From NCBI RefSeq assembly GCF_036321535.1, contig NC_087437.1:74588001-74652000 (forward strand): a stretch of DNA of 64,000 nucleotides, in the 5' to 3' direction. Shown here piece by piece: positions 1-13,000 of this stretch; position 1 is the stretch's first letter; every line of letters starts with the position of its first letter. A program made the position numbers and the translations under genes. Origin of the DNA: Camelus dromedarius (Eukaryota). The notes beneath the pieces were generated by a model. That model had not been told where the DNA came from and searched no databases. It saw only the letters and a program-made list of their open reading frames with translations.

Positions 1-40
1 TAAGCATGCACTCTACCACTTGAGCTATATCTTCCCCACC
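1..40 (-). mobile_element. 5' end of tRNA-Ala-derived SINE (Vic-1-like), cut by window edge
   Basis: Reverse complement reads GGTGGGGAAGATATAGCTCAAGTGGTAGAGTGCATGCTTA, the same head as the SINE at 14371. Confidence 0.8.
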
Positions 41-1475
41 TAGATATGTATTTTTTCACTGTTTTATTTTCAATATTTATATATCTTTTAATCTAAAATA
101 TATCTCTTGCAGAAAGCATATAATTGAACTTTTCTTTGTCATCAGGTTTGATAATCTTTGCTTTCTGATAGAGTTTAGTTTACTTACTTTGGGCTCAATT
201 ATTGATACGGTTAAATTTATGTCTATATTTTTGCATTTGTTTTCTGTATGATATGTGTCTGGATTTTTTCTCAGCTTCTCCTTTACTGACTAACATTAGG
301 CAATATTATTGTGTTAATCTAAGTCCTCAAGAAGCAGGATTAAATGAGTGAGGATTTTATTAGGGGAAATGTCTGTTAAAGAAAGTGGGGAGAGGTTGGA
401 AAAGCCAGACCATGAAGCAAGTTTAATCCGAAATGAAGGAGAAAGGAAGATTGGTCGTGTTGTAGCATTCTAAGTACTATGGGAGTCGTCAAGCCAAGGA
501 GCATCATGAAAGGAGTCCTGTATTTCCCAGTAACAGTCCTGTCTTGGTATTTTTGTACAGTTAGTCATTGGTTGGGAATAGCACATGGAAAAAGTGAGCT
601 TGGAGTAACTGTGGAGATGGATTTCAGTCTGTAGAAACCAGAGCTCTTGGTCAGTTATGCTCCCTTTTATTGGAGACCTGCAAGGTGCATTTTCATGGCT
701 GCCACATCATCATCAACATTCATCTACATGGTTGCCAGTGTCTTTGCCCATTATTTCTTCTTGCATATAGGATTTTTTTCTGGGTTCACTTTTATTCCTT
801 AAGTTCACTTTTTAAAAGTCCCTTTCATGAGTCTCTGTGCTGGTAAATTCCCTTAGTTTTTGTTTGTTTAAAAAAAAAATCTTCACCCTCATTCTTGAAA
901 GTTAAATCTAATAAGGACAAAAAAGCAGATTGAGAATTATTTTACCTCAGGATTTTTAAAGTTAGACAATGTTATTGTGCACTAGCTTCCGCTGACTTAA
1001 AAAGAATCTGGTGTTAGTTTAATTATCATTCTTCAGCAGGTAATCTTGCTTTTTCCCTCCACTGTGTTTGAGACGTACTTTGTGGTGTGCTGAAAAATCA
1101 CTGCAACATTGTGGATGTGGATTTACTTTCATTAATCTTTCTTGGTATACTTTGAACTATCTGTATTTTGTGAATTAATTTCTTTGATTATTTCTAGAAA
1201 ACTGTCAGCTATTGTCTCTTACATCTTCTCTCCTCTCTTTTCCTCAATTATGATAGACCTACTCATTGTATCTTTTGTATCTTTTAGTTTCTCTTTTATA
1301 TTCTCTGTCTTCTTGTCTCTCAGTGTTTTATTGTGTAATTTCTTCAGGTCGATCCTTCATTCACTAATTTTTAATTCCTGTGTGTGTGTTAGTTGCTATT
1401 TAATTCATCTTTTTAGCTGATAAGACCACTAGAAATTGTTATTTCTAAAGCCATTTGACTTATTTTCAAGTCTGA
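41..1475 (-). mobile_element. Old L1 (L1M-type) fragments, interrupted by an LTR
   Basis: T-rich antisense L1-like text (CTTCACCCTCATTCTTGAAAG, ATTTCTTTGATTATTTCTAGAAAACTGTCAGCTATTG); heavily diverged. Confidence 0.55.
310..706 (-). mobile_element. Ancient solo LTR, LTR16-like (ERVL)
   Basis: TG...CA termini; CCTCAAGAAGCAG...TTTTATTAGGGGAAATGTCTGT resembles recalled LTR16 antisense consensus. Confidence 0.5.
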
Positions 1476-2525
1476 TTTAATTTTTTTATCTAACAAATAG
1501 TTTTATTGTAATGTGAAAACTACTCAGATTACCTAGACCTCCATACAAACAGGCAAAAATGCCAGATTTCAAAGGCTAAATAAGCTTAAATAATATTGAA
1601 TTTAATTATACTTTCTAGTATGTTTCAGGAATATTCATTAGCACATTAATCTTTATTCAAATAACTAAATAAATAATTATTTTATAATCTGCACTTCAGA
1701 TTTTTATCGTCCTTATTGTTTAATTGTCCCTTAATTCTTTATTTCTCGATTTTACTTGCCAAAAATGTCAGGATTTTGATATACATTAATAGAAAAAGTG
1801 CTGTCTATATTATCCAAGTATTGTGTATTTTAAAAATAAATCATACCTAAAATATTCAGCTGGAATTAATTCAAGTGTATCTCCAAGAAAGGCAAGCATT
1901 ATTCAACACAGTTTTGAGGTAGTATCCTACGAGATATGTTGAATTTGTGATTCAAAATAACATCTATTCAATGTAGGGGAAAAAAGACACTATTTTTCCT
2001 TTCAAGTACAATATTTATAAATGTTTATCCATTCAGATTGCAGCCTTAGCATTGTGATATATGTATCCAAACCCATCACAAAAACTGCTTTATAAAATTA
2101 AGTTATAAATTCAAATACATTAAATTTTGATAGATGTAACTTCAACCTATAAATATTAAGCTACATGTCAATACATGTTTAAAGAATGTTGAGAAATAAA
2201 TTTATTTAGGACTTCAAAATAATCATACAAGGTATCATACTATATTTAAGAAGCTTAGATTATAGGATTAGAGTGTTATGTACAGCTTTATAAAATTTTT
2301 TAGTTTTTAAAATAATGATTTAAGGATATATATAGATTCTCTAATAGTGTTCAAATGTAAGTGGGTTTCATTTTATGTAAACCTGATCTTCAGCAATATG
2401 GACATTTTAATAAATGATCACCAACATTAGATTGATATCTTGATGTCTTAGATTTACATGTTTTTCTGTGCTATTTAAGTACTATATTAGCACTAGATTC
2501 ATATTATATATTTAAGTGAAACAAA
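1476..2525 (-). pseudogene. Processed retro-insertion (3'UTR-like retrocopy or orphan transduction), source unknown
   Basis: Minus strand has AATAAA (1502-1507), then 14 nt, then an A-rich tail (1476-1487); flanked by TTTCAAGTCTGA (1464-1475) and TTTCAAGTTTGA (2526-2537). Confidence 0.6.
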
Positions 2526-2569
2526 TTTCAAGTTTGACGTTTTTGGATATATACTTGCATTTAAAGGTT

Positions 2570-2825
2570 GTATACATGATGGCTTCTGCTTCTGTATGAG
2601 AACATGGTGCTAAGAGTCGCTACAGTCATCTAAAGATCATGAGAGGAAGGCCATGAGGATCTCAGAAACCTGTGTTTGAGTCCTAATATTGTTGAGCCTG
2701 AACCATTTTGGAACAGCTTAACTCCAGACTTCTTGAAATGTGAGTTAATGTCTGTCTTTGTGACTTAGTTCACTTTTAATTGGATATTCTGTCATTTGCA
2801 GTCAAAAGCCTTCCTAAATGATACA
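2570..2825 (+). mobile_element. Old MaLR LTR fragment (MLT1J/K/L-like)
   Basis: CTCCAGACTTCTTGAAATGTGAG...ATTCTGTCATTTGCAGTCAAAAGCCTTCCTAAATGATACA matches an MLT1 3' end. Confidence 0.6.
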
Positions 2826-3289
2826 TAGCCATACAAGTTTTTCTTGGAATGTAAGAATTAGTCTGCTTAGTAACAAATAGGTTAAAAGAGAAAATACTGA
2901 AAATAATTGGTTGATAAAACTCAATACACATTCTTAAAGAAAATTCTTAGCCAACTATAGAAAGAAGCTTCTTTAAAGTTAGCTTCTAGAAAACCATTCT
3001 TAATGAAAGATCAAAATCATTCTTGTTTCAGTCAAAACAAAAGAGAAATATCCACTGTCACTAGTACTCACTTCATTACTCTGGAGACCAGAGCTGCTGC
3101 AGTTATACACATACACACAGATGCACCTAAGAAATGAAGTATAAATCGTAGAAATAAATAAACCAGACTCTCATTATTTGCAGGTGATTTCACAAAACCA
3201 AATACTTAGCAAATTATGGAATAACTGCTAAGACACTACATAACCACAGGTCTTGCTAACTTCAATACTACACGCCTAGAGACATGCTT

Positions 3290-3600
3290 TTTTTTTCAGT
3301 CCACAAATATTTAGTGACTGTTTACTATGTGTCAGTTACTGTGCTAGATCTTAGAGATTCAAGTCAAGCAACACAGCACATTCCCTGACAATTATGGAAT
3401 TGTATCTACTATGAGAGAAACATTAATCAATATTTACAATAACATAGATCACAGAGTGTGCTAAGTCCTCTTAATGAAAGGTACAGTGATCTACAGGAAA
3501 ACCTAGCTTAATTGCGGGGACTGAAGAAAAATCATCAATGTGAGAGACACAAAGAATAATAAAAAGTTAATTAAATGAGGCAGAGGAAGGAGGAGGAATA
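3290..3600 (-). mobile_element. L2 3' end fragment
   Basis: CCACAAATATTTAGTGACTGTTTACTATGTGTCAG...GTGCTAG is an antisense L2 tail. Confidence 0.6.
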
Positions 3601-4453
3601 CATTTTGAGTTCCCCCTCAGGTCCCCCTCAAAATGTATAAATACAAAAAAAGATAAAGAGAAAAAAAGAAGGAAAGAAGTACGGCAGGAAGGCTGGAAGG
3701 TGGGCCGGGATGAAGAAAGGAGGGAGGAGGAAAAAGAGAGAATGATAAATAAGTGTGGCAGACTGTTAAGATTTGGGACATCTAAATAAACATTATATGA
3801 GACATCTTTATTTTTGAAACTTTTTGTAAATCTAAAATTATTCCAAAATAAAAACCTTACAAGAGAGATTACTTTGTTTACAATATGCGAAATGTTTTAG
3901 AGGGGGTTATATAGTAGGCAAGCAAATAAGTTTAAATAACAAATTAATCTAATTCTCATGCAAATCAAGCACATTATCACCTGATTTAGTTGACCTTTAA
4001 CTTCCCACCACATGATGTGCTGTAGTCATCTGTCTGCTGTTGATATTTTATTATTCAGATATTCTTAAGAATTTTTAGCAGTTTTATCCCCATCTCACAT
4101 CTAAAAGGGATAAAGGTTTTCTGTGCTCTTTTCTCAATTTTCACTGGAGCATTTTCCTAAAATCTCTATTTCTGAAAATTTATTCCACTTTGTCATTTAA
4201 ATTTTCCTAGACTTCTCCCTACGAAATCATGTTCTTTTATTTCACATTCATGATCTAGCCTGATTGCCATACTTAGAGACTCAGGAAAGTCTTATCTACC
4301 TCTCCACTGCTTTGGGAAGCTCTGAAATTAACCAACTTCATATCTTGTTAGCTTGCCCAGCATAGTCCCATCTGCAGGCTTAATGAGCAATCTCTCCAAT
4401 CCATCACTGGGGATGATGCTAATAAATTACACGGTAGAGTATGAAGAATCAAT

Positions 4454-4480
4454 CTCTCTCTCCCTCTCTCCCTCTCTCCC

Positions 4481-4557
<77 letters not shown>
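4454..4557. repeat. Compound (CT)n(CA)n microsatellite
   Basis: Directly visible. Confidence 0.97.
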
Positions 4558-5664
4558 AATACACACAAATTCAGCTACATACAGGCTAATTCTAAACCCT
4601 AGAAAGATTAAATGAGAACAGAGTCTTAACAACAGCCTCTCTGCTTCCTGAATGCCTTTGTGTTATGTTATTTGTGGTTATTCCACAGAACAAACAACAA
4701 CAATTTCATAAATATATACATTTACAAGAATATATATATATGTTTGGACTTAGCTCTCCTGGAGCTATGGGAGAGTCTCACTCACACGTGATCAACAAAA
4801 CATCGCCATGTGCAGTCTATTTGCTGCTAGACAGTATCATGTCGAAACCCAGGCCAGTTGTCTAAGCGTCAGAGGCAAAGAGAGCTCAGCTGGCCTTTTT
4901 GCATCTCAGTGGAGGTTGCAGAGATGCTGGAGGGGCCTGAGCTTTCAGCTCACTTTCCTTATAACCTAGGAAACTTAAGACTGGCGAGCTTTTTCTTAGA
5001 AAGAAAAATTGAAGTTGACTCCCAGCTCCACCTTTGTTTTTTCTCCAATTTTAAAAGTGTTATCAAAAGCACATTTTACTGAAAGGAACCAAAAAAGAGG
5101 CTGTGAAGTCTGGAAGTCCAGGGGTCTGATTTCCTCTGATTAAGAATCTTTAATACATTGACAGGATACACTTGGCCTTAGGACGTTAGGAAAACCAAAG
5201 CAGAGAGGATCAGACAAAGGCCAAATGTATTTTCAGAAAGAAATCAGATAATAGTAGCATCTGCCATTTCAATCACAAAACCAGATCATGTTTTATTCGA
5301 TGACAGTACAGCAGCAGTTATAAGTTATCAGTGAAACAAATGCTACAGAATTTGCAGCTGAGGGACGGAGGTGGAAAATGGCTCAGCAGAGTAAGTATAA
5401 TTACCACGAGCATTACATTTAGGTCACTCCATGAACTACACAGAGGTAGGGAGACAGAATGTGTGACATTTCATTGTGCCCTTCAACCCTACCATTTTCT
5501 GATTCTATGGAACGAGTAGCTTCTCAGAAACAAATGTGACTCGATGCATTAAAATTTGACCTCTAGCTACCATCCATCTCCTTTGTGTCAAGTCCACATT
5601 TAAGGGTAATACTCAAGAAAAGTTACTATGAGAGGCCAGGTGTCCACTGATATGTAAGTAATGA

Positions 5665-8029
5665 CATCCATACCTCATCTTATTGTGCTTTGCAGATACT
5701 GAGTTTTTCACGAATTAAAGATTTGCAGCAACTATGCATCAATCAAGCAAGTCTATAGACACCATTTTTCCTACAATGTTCGCTCACTTTGTATCTCTAT
5801 GTCATACTTCAGTAATTCTCATAATATTTCAAATACAGTACTTGTCATTATTATTATATTTGTTACAGTGACCTGTGATCTGTGATGTTACTATTGGAAT
5901 TGTTTGGGGGGCACCACAAATGGTGCCCATATAAGATGGCAAACTTAATCAATAAACGTAGGTGTGTTCTCAGTGCTCCACTGACCAGCTAGCTGTTCCT
6001 CCAGCTCTCTCCCTCTCCTTGGGGCTCCCTATTTCCTGAAACGCAATATTGAAATTAGGTTAATTAATAACCCTACAATGGTCTCTAAGTGTTCAAGTGA
6101 AAGGAAGAGTCGCATGTCTCTCACTTTAAATCAAAAGCTGGCAGTGATTAAGCTTAGTGAGGAAGTGATGTCAAAAGCTGAGGACAAAAGTTAGGCCTCT
6201 TGAACTAAACAGCCAAGTGGTGATTGCAAAGGAAAATTCCCTGAAGGAACTTAAAAATGCTACTTCAGTGAACACTCAAATTATAAGAAAAAGAATCTTA
6301 TTGCTGGTATGGAGAAGGTTTTAGTGGCCTGGATAGAAGATCAAACTAGTCACAACATTTTCTTAATCCAAAGCCTAATCAGAACAAAGCCCTAATTCTC
6401 TTCAATTCTGTGAAGACTAAGGAAGGTGAGGAAGCTGCAGAAGAAAAGTTTGAAACTAGCAGAGGTTGTTTCATGAAGTTTAGGGAAAGAAGTCGTCTCC
6501 ATAACATTAAAGTGTACAGTGAAGCAGCAAGTGCTAATGTAGAAGCTCCAGCAAGTTGTCAGAAGATCCAGCTAAGATATTCATGAAGGTGGCCACACTA
6601 AACAACAAATGTTCAGTGTAGATGAAGCAATCTTATAGTGGAAGAAAACGTCATCTAGGGCTTTCATGACTACAGAGGAAAAGTCAATGTCAGGCTTCAA
6701 ACCTTCAAAGTACAAACCAACTCTCTTGTTAGGAGCTAATGCAGCTGGTGACTTTCAGTTGAAGCCAATGCATATTTACCATTCTGGAATTCCTAGGGCC
6801 TTTAAGAATTATGCTAAATCTACTTTGTTTGTGCTCTATAAATGAACCGACAAAGCCTGGATGAGAGCACATCAGTTCACAGCATGGTTTACTGAATATT
6901 TTAGCTGATTTTAAGACTTACTGCTCAGAAAAAAAAAGAATTCCTTTCAAAATATTACTGCTCATTGACAATGAACCTCATCACACAAAACCTCTCTTGA
7001 AGATGTACAGTAATATTCATATTATTTTCATGCCTGCTAACACAGCATCATTCTGCAGCCCATGGATCAAGGAGTCATTCCAACTGTCAAGTCTTAGTAT
7101 TTAAGAAATACATTTTGTAAGGCTGTAGCTGCCATAGATACTGATTCCTCTGCTGGATCTTGGCAAAGTCAATTGAAAACCTCTTGGAAAGGACTGACCA
7201 TTTTAGATGCCAATAAGAACATTTATTATTCATGGGAGGAGATCAAAATATCAATATTAATAGGAGTTTGGAAAAAGTTGATACCAACCCTCATAGGTGA
7301 CTTTGAGGGGTTCAAGACTTCTGTGGAGGAAGGAACTACAGAAGTGATGGAAATAGGAAGAGACCTAGAATTAGAAGCGGAGCTTGAGGAAGTGGCTGAA
7401 TTGCTGCCGTTTCATAATAAAATTTGAGCAGATGAGTTGTTTCCTGTGGAGCAAAGAAAGTGGTTTCTTGAGATGGATTTCTACTTCTGGTGAAAACGTT
7501 GTTGAAATTTATTGAAATGACAACAAAGGATTTAGACTATGACATAAACTTAGGTGACAAAGCAGTGGCAGGGTTTGAGAGGACTGACTCCAATTTTGAA
7601 AGGTCTGCTGTGGGTAAAATGCTATCAAACAGCATTGCAAGCTACAGAGAAATCGTTCTTGAAAGGAAGAGTCAATCAATGCGGCAAACTTCATTGTTGT
7701 CTTATTTGAAGAAATTGTCACAGCTCCCCTCAACCTTCAGCACCACCACTCTGCTCAGTCAGCAGCCATCAACATCAAAGCAAACCCCTCCACCAGCAAA
7801 AAGATTATGGCTCACTGAAGGCACAGATGATGGTTAGCATTTTTTAATTAAGGTGTATACATTTTTTAGACATAATGCTATTGCCCATTTAATAGACTAC
7901 TGTATAGTGTAAACATAACTTTTATATGCACTAGGAAACCAGAGAATTTGTGTGACTCACTTTATTGCCATAATTGCCTTACTGTGGTGGTCTGGGGCTG
8001 AACCTGCAATATCTCAGAGGCTATACGGC
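5665..8029 (+). mobile_element. Near full-length Tigger1 DNA transposon (TcMar-Tigger)
   Basis: Left end CATCCATACCTCATCTTATTGTGCTTTGCAGATAC and right end GAACCTGCAATATCTCAGAGG match Tigger1 termini; ~2.36 kb; internal transposase remnants. Confidence 0.92.
6078..7837 (+). pseudogene. Disrupted Tigger1 transposase (TIGD1-like sequence, non-functional)
   Basis: ATG at 6078 reads MVSKCSSERKSRMSLTLNQKL; ORFs 7173-7427 ([23 protein letters not shown]) and 7490-7837 (AGFERTDSNFERS...PPAKRL) are C-terminal pieces; broken by stops and frameshifts. Confidence 0.9.
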
Positions 8030-9149
8030 TACGTGTGTGACTTCACTGCTAATAGACTATTTGATTATTTGTGGATAAAAAATTGTCAATACCTAACAGC
8101 TGCTGGGCACTCAGTAAGTAAATAAACAAGTAAATAAATGATTAAAAAAGAAAGCTTGTCACAACCAAGAAGGGAGCATCTGAGTATTTCAGATCTACCT
8201 TGGCTAACTGGATATTTTAGCCAAGGGCATAACAAGACAGCAGGGAGAACTCCCGAAACAGGAAAACTGATAAAATCTTGTTTTCTGATTAAGATCCCAG
8301 AAAAGTAAAAATTATTCCATAAATTATTTTACTTTTGGACCTTCCTATTACCAGTGGTAAGGTAGGGGTATTTTCTCCAAGCTGCTGAGCATTCCCACCC
8401 CTATTATCCCATGGACACCTCCTCACCGTATGTAGAAGAATCACATTCCAAGTTGTTGTCCTTATCCCTCCCAACATTGCTACTGGCCCCTGGTTTTCTA
8501 GTCCTCTCTGACTGCATTAAGGGAAAATCTGAGCTTCAGGTATTGGACAGCCTGGATTTCAAAATGGCTATAATCTCTTCTTTGAATTCAGCACAGGCAC
8601 TGATAGGCACAGCGAACATGGGAAAGTTGCACACAATCCCTGTCCTTAACTCATGTTCCCAGCTGTCAGTGCCTGGACACATCTGTGTAGGAAACCCCAT
8701 GGCTAGTACATGAGAAACAGGGGTTTCCTAGTCATACCTTCATTAAATCATTACCAGCCAATTTTTAAATTGCAGAACACGGATCTCTGTTCTTAAGAAA
8801 ATTGCCTTCATCAAACGAGTTCTCTGTCTGTTTAGATCCTTTTTCATGTTGTTTTCATTTTTCCCTCCATTTGTTACTGAAGTTTTTCCCACTTCCAGTC
8901 CTGGTTTAGTCAGATGCAGTGCGTCTAAGACAAGCTTCAGGCTCAAGCCACAGGCTGCTCTTCATTAGTGTTTATCATGTTGCCCAAGGTTCTCCTCCCA
9001 GCCTCCCCCAGGCTCACCTTTCCACTTCCTGCTGACTTTCCACTGACTGGACTAGGTGTTCCAACTCAGAGGCAGGTATGGATTTGGGAGGCTTGATACC
9101 TTTATATGTGCACATTGAGAATACCATCAAATTCTTAAAGTCAGTTAGG

Positions 9150-10030
9150 GAAATTTTGCTGAGGACTATGCTAAGTGCTTTCCAACTATCTCTCATTTGG
9201 TTCCCCAAAAGGGCTAATGAATTAGGTGAAGATTATTATCTTGTCTTAAGATTAGGAAAAGTGCAGTTCAAGAGACAGGAAGGGGGCAGGGCACAGCCAT
9301 TCAAGGAATGCCACAGCAATTAACATCAAAATGGTGAAAGATTCAACCCCCAGTAGGCCCTTAGGCTCAAGATGGTGAGAGATTTAACTTCTAGTAGACC
9401 TTGAGCTTCATTGTATGCTTACTGTAATATATTAACATGGTGAATAACACGCCCACAGGCACCATGGCAGTCCCAAGGCTAGCCACAAAAGGCCAAAGAG
9501 TGGGAAATGGCCAAATTCCTGGGAATCCCAGCCCTTTACCTAGGCTAGTTAGACTGGCCCTTCCACTGTGAAGCTACCAAAGCCCATAAAAATGCACAAC
9601 ACTGCCCCTCAAGACCTCTCTCGCTCCGTTCAACACGGTGCCTCGCCACCATCTCTCTCTCTCTCTCTGTCTGCCCCCTGTTCAGAGATGGCCCGCATTC
9701 TGTCTGTCTATGGAATGTGTACCTACTTTTAATCAGAGCACCCAACCCCCACACCTCGTGGCCTTTCTCTTACCTTTCAATGTATCTCTCTGAATAAATC
9801 TACCTTTACTCAACTGTGGCTCGCTCTTGAATTCTTTCCTGCTTGAAGCCAAGGACCCATACTTGGCAGAGCATGTCCCAGGGGCTCAACCAAAGCCTGG
9901 GACATGGCCCTCCTCATGCCCCACATCCGTTTTTCCTGCACCACTCAGAGAAGTTAAGTTTCTTCGCTCAAATCACATGGCTACATAAGAGACAAATCTA
10001 GTTTCCAGATGCCAACCTGCATGCTTTTCT
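9150..10030 (-). mobile_element. MIR split by an LTR insertion
   Basis: MIR core (GGAAAAGTGCAG|CTCAGAGAAGTTAAG...AAATCACATGGCTA) continues on both sides of the LTR. Confidence 0.6.
9271..9943 (+). mobile_element. Solo LTR, probably ERV1-class and lineage-restricted
   Basis: CATAAAA TATA-like box (~9586), AATAAA at 9793, ends CCTGCACCA; possible 4-bp TSD TTCA/CTCA; 5' TG not clear. Confidence 0.75.
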
Positions 10031-13000
10031 TACCTCACTAAGTGGTCAGTTTGTTCTGTAGGATTGAGGCCATTTCCTTTCAAAAGTTGGACTACAAATC
10101 AAAAACAGTTTTCTGGAAGATTTTTCTGATTAACCAACAATCACCTACTGAATCTCATTTTCAGAGCAGTTCACTCGGCACTATGCCTGCATTCATGAAT
10201 TTGATCCTTCTCACTAAACTATAAATCCTTTCAGAACAAAGCTCTTATTTAAAATATTGCAACTTCTGTGGCCTTCAGAGTCCAGCTCAGGATAGCCATT
10301 GATTCAATAGATATCAAGAACTGACAGTACTTCAATTAAAAAAAAAAGAATGCCTTGTTCTCACTCTGGCTCTTCCATCATTAGATATAGCAATCATGTT
10401 TTCATGTTGATTTTCACTATAATTTCAAACAAAGTGTTCTCATTTTTAATTGCTCTGTAATTGGCAGTGGATTCCTAATTCTTTAATTTTCTCTGCCCTG
10501 TTTTCTCTGACAAATAATTAATGATGTGTAAAATAAGCAGATGTACTTTTAGAGCTAGCTTTTAGAAGCAAGCCCTTGGCAAATCCATTCAGTAAACTAA
10601 AGATCACTTTTGAAACAAATCCTTCGACTTCTTTTTTGTGGGAAAATTTTCTTATACTGGTTTTCATAAACCAGGGCACTCCTGTGGTCTAGATAAACTT
10701 CAGTTCCCAGAAAGGACCACTTATCTTGTGAGCACAGAACTCAGCAGCAAATGAAAGAAAATATAAATCTGAATTTCTACAAAGCCTAAGAAAAACACTC
10801 AGAAAATTAAATTCTGTTTACCTGGTGTTTCCACTCACATGGGTTATGGTGCTAGGCAAGTATCATCACAAAATTATATCTACTTGATACGGTTGGTTTA
10901 GAACAAAGCAAGGTAAATAAGGAGGGAAATGCTATGACATACTGACAACAGCAAAGGCTATGTCATATGTGCCAGAAAAGTATGAGATAAACATTATTAT
11001 GATGGAAGGTAATAGTCAGAAAACGACTTTGCTTCATTTAAAGCTGTCAGAGGGGATGAAATGGGAAGAGATTTGGAGTTTGATCTCCTTTTTCCCTTCC
11101 TAAATGAAAAGCCAAAGCTGTTATAGAAAAAGCCTAATTTACTGAAGTGTGTTTTACTCTTATGCAACTTCCAGAAAATGGGAAAGGCATGCGTCACCCC
11201 CGTTTCCGGCAGTGTACATTATTGAACTGTTTCTCTCTCTTTTGCTGTGCTGTAGCAAAAAGTATTTAGATATAGACATTTGCATCTTGATTATGTCTGG
11301 CAGGCAGCTTTCTACTGATAGTTCAATTGATTGCATTTGTTTTTCCAACTTCCAATATTATTAAACTTTGCGGCTGTGAGCCTGCTTCAAAAGAGAGTAG
11401 GTGTCAGTACATCTTTTGGATTTACGGTATGTAAAATTAGGGGGGTGGGGAGGGGCTGAAGGAGAGAAACTATGTGAAAATACTTAGTAAAGTTTCCTGC
11501 ACTAATAACCACTCAATAAATGGTGGCTCCTACTACCAGGAATTTGACTACTTCAGGGAGATAAACATTTCATTCTGGGAAGCTAAAAACAGGCCTGATG
11601 AAGTCTGCCATGTTAGGGTTGAAGAGAAAGGGACAATTTTTCCAGCAGAAATCTACTCAAGTCCTTTAGAAAGAACAATCTGATTCAGTCTTTGAACTTA
11701 ACCTCTAATTCTGAATGAATGGCAAAAATTGGGAGTAATATTTTCTGGGTAATAAAAAAAAATTGGTTTTTACGTACAAATGATAAGAGTGGTGATTGAA
11801 ATCTAAAAAAAATCTAGATACTAATTATATATTTGCTACTTACCATAACCTTGGGAGGCACTTAGCACTATTGAGTCACTACATGCTAGTCTTTTAAGGA
11901 AAACACAATAGCTACTCAACCTCATGCAAGACATGATTGATTTTTCACTAATACCCAGAAAAAAATAGTTTCTACTTTGAAACTATTGGGTAAGTCTACT
12001 TAAATGTTAAAATAATAGGCTTGCTTGCTGTTCCATTCTTGACTAGCTGCTGTTATTAACAAATAGTATTATCCAAAATTTTGGAGCTAGATTTGTTATA
12101 AATTTAAAATGTTCTTAAATCAGGGAAAATCCAAAGTCTTCAAAGGAGAAAATTAAGGACTATGTTGAAAATTGATCACAAATTTATTTATGTTTTTGTT
12201 CATAATTTTTAATCTGATGAAAAGTTAATATCAAAAGTTATTCACTTCCCTTAAAATTTTACTAAATGCATGCTATGTGGTAGGTTTGGTCAAAAAAATA
12301 TGAAAAGACACAGTCCCAAATCTTAAAAGCTTTATAATCTGATAGCATATTTAGCAGTAAATTTACATTTCACATAGTTACGTGATATTTTACAAATTTG
12401 CTTTTAAAAATTTGGGTAGTCAGTTTGTAAATATTTCTGGTTTTCCTGAATAGTAAAGTGCTGAAATATAAAATGTAGGTCCCTCTTATTGTATAACACT
12501 TGCCTACAATGTTCAGTGCATAACTCTTGATTTTAAAGTGACTCTCCAGAATTCTGTCTAAGACCATGCATTAAATTCGAAACTGAAGAAAGGCCAAACA
12601 ATGAGATTCAGATGTGGAAGAGAAGCAAGAGGCAGGGGGCAGTTGGGCTTAAGAAGGAGCAGAGAGTTCAGATAACAATGACCAAGAGAATGTGTTCATT
12701 TCACCTACCATCTCCCCACAAACGAAAGTCTAGCTCAACTTGTGAGATTTTTCAATCCACAAAGTACAGCATTGAAATATAGTTTATAAGGAAACCTGGT
12801 TGCTGGGTAATTTGTTCTTATATATGGCTTCCTAGAGGGATGCATTAAATACCAACATAAATATTGACCAATTTACAAACTGCTGCTAATTTAGTATAGA
12901 TTCCAATGTCACTTGGTATATCCGAGAATTGGTAAACTGCAGTGGGATTCATGTGAAAATATTTATACTCTCTCAATAAACACTACATTAGAATTAGCCC

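Noticed and set aside
4348..4632. ORFs with ER or SL repeats (likewise 25452-25745 and 61764-62020)
   Set aside because: They are translations of microsatellites.
7173..7837. TIGD1 gene
   Set aside because: These are fragments of a frameshifted Tigger1 transposase inside an ordinary transposon copy.
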